Positions 7,847 to 16,880 of a DNA stretch of 21,757 nt are shown piece by piece. Source of the DNA: Candidatus Krumholzibacteriia bacterium (GTDB lineage: Bacteria; Krumholzibacteriota; Krumholzibacteriia; LZORAL124-64-63); assembly GCA_036351155.1 (NCBI GenBank), contig JAZBOO010000077.1, positions 1-21,757 on the forward strand. Reading direction: 5' to 3'. Position numbers and translations under genes: made by a program. The notes under the pieces were generated by a model. That model was not told the DNA's origin, searched no databases, and worked only from the letters and a program-made list of their open reading frames with translations. Position 1 is the first letter of the stretch, and each line of letters begins with the position of its first letter.

Positions 7847-8781
7847 GACGCTGCCCCATCACCGGGGAAATGTTGCCGTCCGACCACCAAGGAATTTACT
7901 CCCAGGCCGGCCTCCGAAAACTGGCCCCCACGCTGAAGCAACTGAATGATCTGCCCTTTTCCCAGGAGGAAATGATTCTAGAGTCCGCCGCTCGGGCCGG
8001 AAAGATGTCCGTCCAGGGCGTGCAAGCCAAGCTGAGTGCCCGGCTCAACACTTCCGCTGGCCAGTTCGAAATCGTGGACAAAGGCGGGACCTTTATCCTG
8101 AAACCACCCAACCCTGCCTACGCCCACCTTCCCGAAAACGAGGCGCTGACCATGCGACTGGCGAGCACCTTGGGCATCGAAGTGCCGATGCACGGCCTGG
8201 TCCGGGGCAAGGATGGAGCCTGGACCTATTTCGTGCGTCGTTTCGATCGTCCAAAGCGGGGCCAGAAACTGCTGGTCGAAGATTTTGCCCAGCTCTCCGA
8301 CCACACCCGCGACACCAAGTACAACGCCAGCATGGAGCAAGTGGCCAGGGTGATCGCTGATTTTGCCACCTACCCCGCCGTCGAGTACCAGCAGCTGTTT
8401 CGTCGGGTGGTTTTTTGTTTCCTGACCGGCGGTGAAGATATGCACCTGAAGAACTGGTCCCTGGTCACCCGCCCCCCACGTGTTCAGCTGGCACCGGCCT
8501 ATGACCTCATCAACACCACCATCGCGCTACGCAACCCGACCGAGGAACTGGCCCTGCCGCTGAATGGGAAAAAACGTCGCCTGACCCGGAACGATCTGGT
8601 GGGGTACTTCGCACACCAGCGTCTGGGCCTGACCGAGTCGTTAGTGAATGAGGAGCTTGGGCAGATCCGCCTGAAAACGGAGAAATGGCCTGAATTGATC
8701 GCAGCCAGCTTTCTCCCGGAGGAATTACAGATCGCTTATGTCCATGTCATTCAGGAACGTAGCGCCAGGCTCTGGCTCTGA
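7843..8781 (+). CDS. hipT: HipA-family kinase toxin lacking the N-terminal subdomain, HipT-like
   Basis: P-loop KMSVQGVQAKL, FILKP, LPENE, VRRFDR, EDFAQL, catalytic EDMHLKN and LAPAYD; ATGA overlap with hipS. Confidence 0.88.
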   Translation: MRRCPITGEMLPSDHQGIYSQAGLRKLAPTLKQLNDLPFSQEEMILESAARAGKMSVQGVQAKLSARLNTSAGQFEIVDKGGTFILKPPNPAYAHLPENEALTMRLASTLGIEVPMHGLVRGKDGAWTYFVRRFDRPKRGQKLLVEDFAQLSDHTRDTKYNASMEQVARVIADFATYPAVEYQQLFRRVVFCFLTGGEDMHLKNWSLVTRPPRVQLAPAYDLINTTIALRNPTEELALPLNGKKRRLTRNDLVGYFAHQRLGLTESLVNEELGQIRLKTEKWPELIAASFLPEELQIAYVHVIQERSARLWL

Positions 8782-8820
8782 CCGCATGCCATCGCCGGGG
8801 AAGCGCCTACCACAATGATG

Positions 8821-8829
8821 TGATATACT
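8821..8829 (+). promoter_or_regulatory. Putative extended -10 promoter (TGaTATACT) for the ECF-kinase operon
   Basis: TG-N-TATACT in the 115-nt gap between hipT and the sigma factor gene. Confidence 0.35.
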
Positions 8830-8896
8830 GCCCCCATCAGAAAACCTACGCCTTCCTTTCAATGATCGGGTTGCCGTCATCGCTTCAGTACCCCAA

Positions 8897-9469
8897 GTGA
8901 TCGAAGCCGTCGCTGGCGGCGACAAGCAGGCCGCGGCCGAGCTGTTGCCCCTGCTGTACAAGGAGCTGCGCCGCCTGGCCGTCTCCCGCATGGCCAACCT
9001 GCCCCCCGGCAACACCTTGCAACCTACCGCCCTGGTGCACGACGCCTATCTGCGCCTGGTGGGTGAGCAGGATCCGGGCTGGGACGGCCGGGGCCACTTC
9101 TTTGCCGCCGCGGCCGAAGCCATGCGCCAGCTGCTGGTGGAGCAGGCCCGGCGCAAATCGGCCCGCAAGCACGGGGGCGGCCAGAAACGCCTGGATGTGG
9201 ATCAGATGGAAATCTCCGTGGATGAACGCATCGGTGAAATTCTGGCCATCGATCAGGCCCTGGACCGGCTGCGTGCCAGTGATCCGCGCAAGGCCGACAT
9301 CGTTCTGCACCGCTACTTCGCCGGGCTGACCCGCGAGGAAACCGCGGTCGTCCTGGGCATCTCGGTGCGCACCGTGGACCGGGAATGGCGCAGCATCGTG
9401 GCACGGCTGCACCGGGAGTTGCATGGCGATTTACCCATCAAGAAGGGGACATCCCGTGCTGACGCCTGA
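8897..9469 (+). CDS. ECF sigma factor, kinase-associated type (TIGR02999/ECF43-like)
   Basis: ELLPLLYKELRRLA, TLQPTALVHDAYLRL, HFFAAAAEAMRQLLVEQAR, RYFAGLTREETAVVLGISVRTVDREW; overlaps a Ser/Thr kinase gene; no anti-sigma gene nearby. Confidence 0.92.
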   Translation: MIEAVAGGDKQAAAELLPLLYKELRRLAVSRMANLPPGNTLQPTALVHDAYLRLVGEQDPGWDGRGHFFAAAAEAMRQLLVEQARRKSARKHGGGQKRLDVDQMEISVDERIGEILAIDQALDRLRASDPRKADIVLHRYFAGLTREETAVVLGISVRTVDREWRSIVARLHRELHGDLPIKKGTSRADA

Positions 9470-12014
9470 AGAAGAGCGCCGCGCCGAGGAGCTGTTTGCC
9501 AGCGCCCTGGATTTGCCTGAGGCCGATCGCGACGGCTTCATTTCCCGCGCCTGCCTGGGCCAGCCCTTGCTGGAAAAGGAAGTGCGCCTGCTGATGGCTC
9601 ACTATGCGGCCGCCCCTGCCGGTTTCCTGCAAAGCCCCACCGGGGACGCCGTGACGCAGGAAAACCAGGAAACCATCGGCCCCTACGAGCTGCAGGAGGT
9701 GCTGGGCGAAGGCGGCATGGGCGTGGTGTACCGGGCGCGCCAGACCAGCCCCGTGGTGCGCACCGTGGCGCTGAAGATCCTCAAGCTGGGGATGGACTCG
9801 AAGGAAGTCCTGGCCCGCTTCGAGGCCGAGCGCCAGGCCCTGGCCCAGCTGGAGCATCCGAACATCGCCCGTGTTTACGATGCCGGGACCACCCCGGACG
9901 GACGGCCCTATTTCGTCATGGAGTATGTCCAGGGGCAGGCCATCACCACTTATTGCGATGAGAAGCGCCTCACGCCTCGGCAGCGTATCGCCCTGTTCGT
10001 GGAGCTGTGTCGGGGAGTGCAGCATGCCCATCAGCAGGGGATCATTCATCGCGATCTGAAACCCACCAACCTGCTGGTGGCCGAGCAGGACGGGCTGGCC
10101 ATTCCCAAGGTGATCGACTTCGGCGTGGCCAAGGCCGTGCAAAGCGGACTGCCGGATGCCACCCTGTTCACCCAGCTGGGGCAACTGGTGGGCACCCCCG
10201 AGTACATGAGTCCCGAGCAGGCGGAAGCCGCCCCGGTGGACACCCGGACCGATGTGTATTCCCTGGGCGCAGTTCTGTACGAGCTGCTGGTGGGAGTGTT
10301 GCCCATCGATGCGGCGACCCTGCGCGAGGCCGGCGTCCAGGCCATGATGCGCCTGATTCGCGAACAGGATCCCCCCCGACCCAGCGCCCGGGCCAGCACG
10401 CTGGCCGCCTCGGCCACCACGGTAGCCGACCGGCGCAGCGTGGCCCCTCGTGCCCTGGTCCGCTCCCTGCGAGGCGAGCTCGACTGGATCGCGCTCAAGG
10501 CCCTGGAAAAGAATCGAGACCGGCGCTACGCCACGGTGGCCGAGCTGGCCACCGACCTGAAGCGCCACCTTGCCGACGAGCCGGTCGAAGCGCGTCCACC
10601 CAGCACCTGGTACACCCTGGGCAAATTTGCCCGACGCCACCGGATGGGCGTGGGCATTGCCCTGACCCTGGGACTGGCCATGGGAGTGATCGCGGTGGGT
10701 TCCACCATCCAGGCCGGGCGCCTGGCCCGCGAGCGAGATCGCGCCAACCACCAGGCCGCCGTTTCTCGGCAGGTCAAGGACTTCCTGGTGGACATCTTCT
10801 ACCTGGCCGATCCCGAAGAAGCCCAGGGCCGGGACATCACCGCCCGGGAAATCCTGGACCTCGGGGCGGCCAAGGTGACCGAACTGACCGATCCCAGCGT
10901 GCGAGCCGAGCTCACCGGAACCCTGGGCGCCGTGTACCAGAATCTGGGTCTGTACTCCAGGTCGGACAGCCTGTACATCGCCGCCAAGGATCTCTGGATT
11001 GCCAGCGAAGGACTGAACCACCCCGAATCCCTGCAGGCGGTGGGCGCCGTGGCCGGCATCTACACCTCTCTGGGGCGCAACGCCGAGGCCGAGTCGCTCT
11101 TCACGGTGGAAATCGCGGGGTGGGACCGGCTGGGTCTGGCCGAGGACCGCCGCTCTTTCGATGCCATGTCCCGCCTGGCCACGGCCCTGCGCAACCAGCG
11201 CAGGTACGCCGAAGCGGAGTCTCTGCTCATGCACTCTCTGGCCGGATGGCGGCGTCTGGACGGTGAGGACAATGTGGACGTTCTGCGCATCCGGAAGAAC
11301 CTGGCCTACTGCTACTATCGACAGAACAAGCTGAGCGAGGCCGAGCCCATTTACGAAGATGTCCTCCAGCGACTGCGACGCGTGGAAGGTGGAGACTCGC
11401 CCCGCACCCTGAAGGCCATGATGGAGCTGGCCAACCTTTACGTGGCCCAGGACCGGTTTGCCCCGGCCGACACCCTGTTGCAACAGGTCCATGCCGCCAG
11501 CCAGCGGATTTTCGGAACCGCCCACCCCCAGTACGTGAGCACCCTGGAGTCACTGGCCAGCCTCTACTACCAGCAGGAAAAGCACAGCCGCGCCGTCCCG
11601 CTCTTCGAGGAAATCCTCACCGCCAGAGGACGAATATACGGGGACAGCCATCCTTCGACCATCGTCGCGCGTCACAATCTGGCCGCCGTGAACTACGGGC
11701 TGGAACGGTATGCGGACGCGGAACCCCTGGCTCGAAAAACACTGGCCCAGCGCCTCGACAGCGTGGGCGACGAGCACCCCTTCACCCAGCAAACCCGGCA
11801 AATGCTGGCCATGATCCTGGTGTCTCTCGGCCAGTATGACGAGGCCATGGAACATCTGCAGATCGCCGTGGACCACGGGTTCGCGGAATCGGTGATGGTG
11901 AGCGAGGAAACCCTGGATTTGCTGGCTCCCATGCGGGGAAGATCCGACCTTGAAGCTCTTCTAGACGTTGTGCGCCAACGACTTGCAGAAAAAGAACAAA
12001 ATAAGACAGATTAA
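9456..12014 (+). CDS. Hanks-type membrane Ser/Thr protein kinase with extracytoplasmic TPR repeats
   Basis: GEGGMG, VALK, HRDLKPTN, DFG, GTPEYMSPEQ, DVYSLG; TM segment MGVGIALTLGLAMGVIAVGSTI; ~42-aa TPR-like repeats ending G..HP. GTG 9456 is preferred over ATG 9423. Confidence 0.93.
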   Translation: MLTPEEERRAEELFASALDLPEADRDGFISRACLGQPLLEKEVRLLMAHYAAAPAGFLQSPTGDAVTQENQETIGPYELQEVLGEGGMGVVYRARQTSPVVRTVALKILKLGMDSKEVLARFEAERQALAQLEHPNIARVYDAGTTPDGRPYFVMEYVQGQAITTYCDEKRLTPRQRIALFVELCRGVQHAHQQGIIHRDLKPTNLLVAEQDGLAIPKVIDFGVAKAVQSGLPDATLFTQLGQLVGTPEYMSPEQAEAAPVDTRTDVYSLGAVLYELLVGVLPIDAATLREAGVQAMMRLIREQDPPRPSARASTLAASATTVADRRSVAPRALVRSLRGELDWIALKALEKNRDRRYATVAELATDLKRHLADEPVEARPPSTWYTLGKFARRHRMGVGIALTLGLAMGVIAVGSTIQAGRLARERDRANHQAAVSRQVKDFLVDIFYLADPEEAQGRDITAREILDLGAAKVTELTDPSVRAELTGTLGAVYQNLGLYSRSDSLYIAAKDLWIASEGLNHPESLQAVGAVAGIYTSLGRNAEAESLFTVEIAGWDRLGLAEDRRSFDAMSRLATALRNQRRYAEAESLLMHSLAGWRRLDGEDNVDVLRIRKNLAYCYYRQNKLSEAEPIYEDVLQRLRRVEGGDSPRTLKAMMELANLYVAQDRFAPADTLLQQVHAASQRIFGTAHPQYVSTLESLASLYYQQEKHSRAVPLFEEILTARGRIYGDSHPSTIVARHNLAAVNYGLERYADAEPLARKTLAQRLDSVGDEHPFTQQTRQMLAMILVSLGQYDEAMEHLQIAVDHGFAESVMVSEETLDLLAPMRGRSDLEALLDVVRQRLAEKEQNKTD

Positions 12015-12087
12015 GTGGCAGTTTGTGCCGCCGGATTTCGAATGGTCCTGATGTCACACTTGTACCTCAGGATTCAGGAGAAATACC

Positions 12088-14514
12088 ATGACTGCCTTTT
12101 CCCGATGGAAGACCCTGTTGCCGGTCTCCCTGCTCTTGCTGATCATGCTGATGGCCGGCTGCTCTTCCGACGACCCGGTGTCCAACAATGAACCCGAACC
12201 CGAGCTGACCTTCGAAATCGACCTGACCCTGGAGCCGCCCCTGGGCGCGCTGCCCGGCTTTGACGGGACCGAGGACCGCCCGGTGGACAGCATCCGCAAT
12301 CCCGACGGTCTGCAGGCCGACTTCGTGAGCAACGAACTGTGGATCAGCAGCGACAACCAGAACGCCATCGACGCCCTGATCACCCGGCTTTCCGCCGAGA
12401 TCGTGGCGGTGATCGATCCGGCCGACTACAACCTGCCCGGCCTGACCAAGCAAACGTTGCTGCGCTTCACTCCCGCCAGCGTGAACCCCGAGGATGCCAT
12501 CGTGGCCATCGAGGCCGTGAGCCGCGATGGTTTCGGAGAGCACGCGGTGTCGTCACCCGAGGCCCTGGGTTTGTTCGCCGCCGCCGCCGAAGTGGCCGCC
12601 GATGGGCTGGACGTGGGCATCAACTGGGTGGCCCAGAACACCAGCATCGTGACCCGCGATTCGGGGGAATCGCCCAGCGGCCCCGGCGGCTACGATCCCA
12701 ACGCCTTCACCTGGCCCTCCCACTCCACGGAGAGCCCCCAGGACATCGGCGTGGCCGAGGCCTGGCGCGGGCTGGAGCTGGCCGGCAAGACCGGGAACAA
12801 GGTCAAGATCGCCATCCTGGATCAAGGTTTCCAGGTGAACCAGGACACCCCCGATGGCTGGGAAGCCATCAGCAACATCCCCTTCTTCGGGGCCCTGAAC
12901 GAGCCCAACCTGATCGGCTGCGGAAGCTCCCCCTGCCTGTGGCACGGCACCAACGTGCTGAGCGCGGCCATGGCCGTGCCTGACGATGGCTTCGGCGGGG
13001 CCGGACCCGCCGGCCAGGTGGGTGAACCGGTGATCGTCAGCACGTCTTACGACTTCTTCACCTCCATCAGCGCCCTGCTGGAAGCGCGAGCCCTGGGGGC
13101 GCGGATTGCCAACATGAGCTACAGCGCGCCGGTGCCCTTGATCCTGGCCTGGTCGGTGCTGCCATTCGAGGCGACCACCTTCCTGCTGGACCAGTCCGGG
13201 ATGCTGCTGTTCGCCGCCGCCGGCAACGACGGCGAAGACGTGGATGACGAGTCCTGTTTCCTGGGCATCTGCGTGGAGAACACCTGGTGGACTCCCTGTG
13301 AAAACGCGGGAGTCATCTGCGTGGGCGGGCTGTTCGAGAACTCGAAGGACAAGGCCAACGGCTCGAACTACGGGTCCGAGCAGGTCGACATCTTCGCGCC
13401 CTTCACCATGTATGTCGGCCCCGACCCCGACAACACGGGGAACATCGCGCGGCGCGTCAGCGGCACCAGCTTCTCCTCCCCCTTCGCCGCCGGTGTGGCG
13501 GCCATGATCTGGGCGGCCAACCCCGCCCTGGATTCCGATCAGGTGAAGGACATCCTCTTCGACACCGCCCACAGCAGCCCCGACGACAAGGTCAACCGGT
13601 ATGTGAACGCCCTGGGTGCGGTGCAGTCGGCCCTGGGCAATGCGGCGCCGACGATCACCGTGTTCGGGGGCACCGAGATCACCCGCCAGCTCAATCATGA
13701 GCTCACCCTGTCGGCCTCGGTGACCGATTTCGAGGACGGCAGCAACTGCTGCGACATCACCTGGACCTCGAACCTGGATGGCGACCTGGGCTCGGGCAAC
13801 TCCATCACCCACACCTTCACCACCGAGGGGACGCGCCTGATCACCCTGAGCGCCACCGACGGCGACGGGGCCCTGGGTCAAGAGGTCATCACCCTGGACG
13901 TGGTCAACTCCGCGCCTTCGGTGACCATCACGCGGCCCACGCCGGGCGAGACCGTGTTCGCCGGGGTGCCGGTGACCTTGAGAGGTACCGCCTTTGACAC
14001 CAACGAGCCGGGTCAAGATCTCGCCTGCGGCGCCCTGGTGTGGCGCAGCTCTGCGGCCGGCGATGATCTGACGCTGGCCGGCTGCGAGGTCGAAACCACG
14101 TTCCCCACCCTGGGTGCGCGGACCCTCAGCCTGACGGCCACCGACCCTCAGGGCTTGAGCACCACCGAAACCGTTTCCATCACCGTGGTGGAACCGCCGG
14201 ACAACCTGCCCCCCGCGGTCAACGTGTCCAGTCCCCAGAACGGGATCGATATCGGGTTCTTCGACACCTTGACCCTCAACGGTTCAGCCACCGATCCGGA
14301 GGGCAACACGCCTCTGACCTTCGAGTGGATCGTCAACTGGGGGGACGGCGACGTGGTGGTGGGCACCACGCAGTCGATGACCTGGTCGCCCGATGACACC
14401 ATCGACTTCGAGTGCGACACCACCTTCAACATCCGCATCACCCTGCGGGTGACCGATGCGCTGGGTCGTCCCGGCACCGATTTCGTGGATGTGAGGGTGA
14501 TCATTATTTGCTAG
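12088..14514 (+). CDS. S8 (subtilase) serine protease lipoprotein with three C-terminal PKD/Ig-like domains
   Basis: CAGGAG RBS; lipobox LMAG-C; catalytic residues in IAILDQG, WHGTNV, AAAGN and SGTSFSSP; three N.[AP]P-initiated beta-rich repeats (NAAPTIT, NSAPSVT, NLPPAVN). Confidence 0.9.
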   Translation: MTAFSRWKTLLPVSLLLLIMLMAGCSSDDPVSNNEPEPELTFEIDLTLEPPLGALPGFDGTEDRPVDSIRNPDGLQADFVSNELWISSDNQNAIDALITRLSAEIVAVIDPADYNLPGLTKQTLLRFTPASVNPEDAIVAIEAVSRDGFGEHAVSSPEALGLFAAAAEVAADGLDVGINWVAQNTSIVTRDSGESPSGPGGYDPNAFTWPSHSTESPQDIGVAEAWRGLELAGKTGNKVKIAILDQGFQVNQDTPDGWEAISNIPFFGALNEPNLIGCGSSPCLWHGTNVLSAAMAVPDDGFGGAGPAGQVGEPVIVSTSYDFFTSISALLEARALGARIANMSYSAPVPLILAWSVLPFEATTFLLDQSGMLLFAAAGNDGEDVDDESCFLGICVENTWWTPCENAGVICVGGLFENSKDKANGSNYGSEQVDIFAPFTMYVGPDPDNTGNIARRVSGTSFSSPFAAGVAAMIWAANPALDSDQVKDILFDTAHSSPDDKVNRYVNALGAVQSALGNAAPTITVFGGTEITRQLNHELTLSASVTDFEDGSNCCDITWTSNLDGDLGSGNSITHTFTTEGTRLITLSATDGDGALGQEVITLDVVNSAPSVTITRPTPGETVFAGVPVTLRGTAFDTNEPGQDLACGALVWRSSAAGDDLTLAGCEVETTFPTLGARTLSLTATDPQGLSTTETVSITVVEPPDNLPPAVNVSSPQNGIDIGFFDTLTLNGSATDPEGNTPLTFEWIVNWGDGDVVVGTTQSMTWSPDDTIDFECDTTFNIRITLRVTDALGRPGTDFVDVRVIIIC

Positions 14515-14534
14515 GGAGACAAGGCATTGACAAG

Positions 14535-14570
14535 GACCCCCATCCTGGGCACAAACCCGGGATGGGGGTC
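14535..14570. terminator. 15-bp stem hairpin between convergent genes, probable terminator
   Basis: GACCCCCATCCTGGG-cacaaa-CCCGGGATGGGGGTC (one G-U pair); no good U-tract on either strand. Confidence 0.55.
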
Positions 14571-14575
14571 AAAAC

Positions 14576-16297
14576 CTACCAGCTGGACCCACCGCCGCCG
14601 CCGAAGCCGCCGCCCGACGAGCCCCCGCCCGAGACCCCGCCACTGCTCCAGCCGCTGCTGGAACCGCTGCTGCTGGAGCGAGGTGGCATGAACATGCTGG
14701 TCTGCATGCTGTCGGTGGAGTTGTTGAGCGAGTTGACGATCCACACCGTGGACAGCTGGCCGCCCGCCGGCCCCTGGTACCAGTCCGGCGGGGTGGTGTA
14801 AATGCCCTCGAAGGCCTTGGCCCACCTGTCGGCCACGCCGAAGACCATGGCGTAGGGCAGCAGACGCTCGAACACACCCTTGCCTTCGGAGCTGGCCAGG
14901 GCCGCTCCTTCCGCGCGGCGAATGTACTCTTCCAGGCCCGCGATGCGCTCCCAGGCCTTGCGCCCCTTGGCGGTGCGGCGCGGCATGGCGCGGCTGAAAA
15001 CGATCACCGTGGTCATCGACAAAACGAAGGCCACAATCAGGGGCAGCAGGAAGACACGTTGCAGTGTCAGGAGCTGGAAGAACCCCGCCCCCATGAACAA
15101 GGCCACCACCCCCAGGATAGCAAGGGCGGCAAATTTCCCCCGCACGGTGCTGGGATTGCCGTCGAAGTACCCTTGCTTGTTCAGGCGGTTGTACAGGGAT
15201 TTCTGAACCTTGGGAATGGTCGAATAGAAGTCGGTCATCTCGTCCATCCGGGCCGTGTCACCCGCATCGAAAATTTTGTCGAGAATGAGGGCTTCGTGGT
15301 GCCGGGGTTTGGTCCCATTGGTGAGGCGATGGAACGTGACCTCGTCCAGGCCCTTCTTCTGAAGCGCCGGTTTGCTCTCGATGGTCAGAAAACCACGCAC
15401 CGCCAGGTCGACGATGGTGGCCGAGATGTCGCGGCTGTCCACCTTCTCGTCCAGCAGGGTGCCCACCTCGCCGGGGCTGAGGCCATCGGGCGCATCGTAC
15501 TGCACGGCCACCGAGCCGGGCTCGCCCAGGTCGCGTCCGCGTCGTCGCCAGAACCACCAGCAGAACAGGAAGACCACCGGCCACAGCGCGTACACGAAGT
15601 TGTCGGCCAGCCACAGGCCGGCCCGCTCCAGTTTGCTGGGCCGCGCCACCGCGGTGCCGGGCAAGCTGACCTCCACGGTCACACCCTCGCGGGCCCGCAG
15701 GGGCCCCACCTCGTAGACCACCGTTCCATCGGGGTCCTGGCGGGCCGTGAAATCCTTGCCGCGCGCGCCCCAGGTGCCGGTCCAGGCGTCCTGGAATGTG
15801 GGGCCGGTTCCCGGCGGGGTGACAATGCGGATGGTGGCCGCCTGCGTGGGCACCTCCCACTGGTGACCGATGGCGTTCCAGCGCAGAACCACGCGTTCAT
15901 TTTCCCACAGCAAGGCGCGCTTGACGCGGTAGGTCAGGTGGTAGACGTGCCGGCCGCGCAGGAAGGTATTCGCATCGCCGATGCGGATGTTCACTGCGTT
16001 GCCCCGCTTGCGCACGCGGATGGGATGGTCATGGCCGTTCTGGTCGGTCACCTCCAGCAGCTTGAACCCCAGCTCGTAGTTGTGCAGCCCGGCTTCGTAG
16101 CGGATGGGAATCTTGCGGATGATCCCGCGCTTGTCCACCTGGAAGTCGGCCACGATGGTCTCTTCGACCAGCACCCAGCCATCGGACTGGATGGTCAGAA
16201 CGACATCGTTGCGAGGCATGAACCAGCCCCCATCGGCCGCCAGAACGACGGTGGGCAACAGGGCGAGCAGCAGCGCAAAGCGCACGGTCCAGGTCAT
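14576..16297 (-). CDS. DUF2207-family membrane protein
   Basis: Signal peptide, RGIIRKIP, IRIGDAN, LRWNAIG..W, PDGLSPGEVGTL, ATIVDLAVRG, ERLLPYAMVFG and Gly/Ser-rich GGGFGGGGGSSW tail. Confidence 0.88.
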   Translation of the reverse strand: MTWTVRFALLLALLPTVVLAADGGWFMPRNDVVLTIQSDGWVLVEETIVADFQVDKRGIIRKIPIRYEAGLHNYELGFKLLEVTDQNGHDHPIRVRKRGNAVNIRIGDANTFLRGRHVYHLTYRVKRALLWENERVVLRWNAIGHQWEVPTQAATIRIVTPPGTGPTFQDAWTGTWGARGKDFTARQDPDGTVVYEVGPLRAREGVTVEVSLPGTAVARPSKLERAGLWLADNFVYALWPVVFLFCWWFWRRRGRDLGEPGSVAVQYDAPDGLSPGEVGTLLDEKVDSRDISATIVDLAVRGFLTIESKPALQKKGLDEVTFHRLTNGTKPRHHEALILDKIFDAGDTARMDEMTDFYSTIPKVQKSLYNRLNKQGYFDGNPSTVRGKFAALAILGVVALFMGAGFFQLLTLQRVFLLPLIVAFVLSMTTVIVFSRAMPRRTAKGRKAWERIAGLEEYIRRAEGAALASSEGKGVFERLLPYAMVFGVADRWAKAFEGIYTTPPDWYQGPAGGQLSTVWIVNSLNNSTDSMQTSMFMPPRSSSSGSSSGWSSGGVSGGGSSGGGFGGGGGSSW

Positions 16298-16298
16298 G

Positions 16299-16880
16299 TC
16301 ATTCTCCCTCGGGACGGTTGTTTGGCGTCAGATCGATGGCCGGGACAGCCCGTTGCGCGTCATCCAGCTGGAAGAACTGCCCCTCGGCCACACCCGCGAC
16401 CTGGCCCACCAGGTTGGCGGGGAAGCTGTGGCGCAGGGTGTTCAGGTCGCGCACCACGGCGTTGTGGTAGCGGCGGGCGCTTTGCAGATCGTCCTCGATT
16501 TCCACCAGGCTGTGGTGCAGGGACAGAAAGTTGGTGTCGGCCTTGAGCGCGGGGTAGTCCTCGGCCAGCAGAAAAATGCCGCCCAGGGCCGAGGCCAGGC
16601 CCGACTCGAGCTGTCCGCGCTGGGGCAGGTCCGCTGGTGCGGTGGGCGCCTGCATGGCGGCACTGCGGGCGGCGGTCACCCTGGTCAAAACCTCGTTCTC
16701 GTGGCCGGCATAGCCGCGCACCGTTTCGACCAGGGCGGGCACCAGGTCCCAGCGCCGCTTCAGCTGCACGTCCACATCGCTGAAGGCGTTGGTCAAGCGC
16801 TGGCGCAGGCTCACGAAACGGTTGTAGGTGAGGATGCCGTAAGCGGCGACCACACCGATCAGGATGAGTACTGGGTACAT
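16299..16880 (-). CDS. lemA: LemA family protein
   Basis: TM followed by YNRFV, DVQLKRRWDLVP, YAGHE, AEDYPALKA, ARRYHNAVVRDLN and FPANLV; GGAG RBS favours ATG 16880. Confidence 0.93.
   Translation of the reverse strand: MYPVLILIGVVAAYGILTYNRFVSLRQRLTNAFSDVDVQLKRRWDLVPALVETVRGYAGHENEVLTRVTAARSAAMQAPTAPADLPQRGQLESGLASALGGIFLLAEDYPALKADTNFLSLHHSLVEIEDDLQSARRYHNAVVRDLNTLRHSFPANLVGQVAGVAEGQFFQLDDAQRAVPAIDLTPNNRPEGE

Noticed and set aside
9438..11525. 695-aa antisense ORF, and similar long shadow ORFs (12553-14016 -, 15059-16546 +, 4593-5681 +, 10007-11266 +)
   Set aside because: They overlap well-supported genes, carry no recognisable motifs, and are expected from high GC and codon bias that depletes stop codons.
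12088..14514. S8 protease as part of an ATPase-subtilase (IetAS-like) defence/TA pair
   Set aside because: No AAA ATPase is adjacent and the protease is an exported lipoprotein.
14576..14680. GCC/CCG-rich low-complexity repeats
   Set aside because: They encode the Gly/Ser-rich C-terminal tail typical of DUF2207 proteins.
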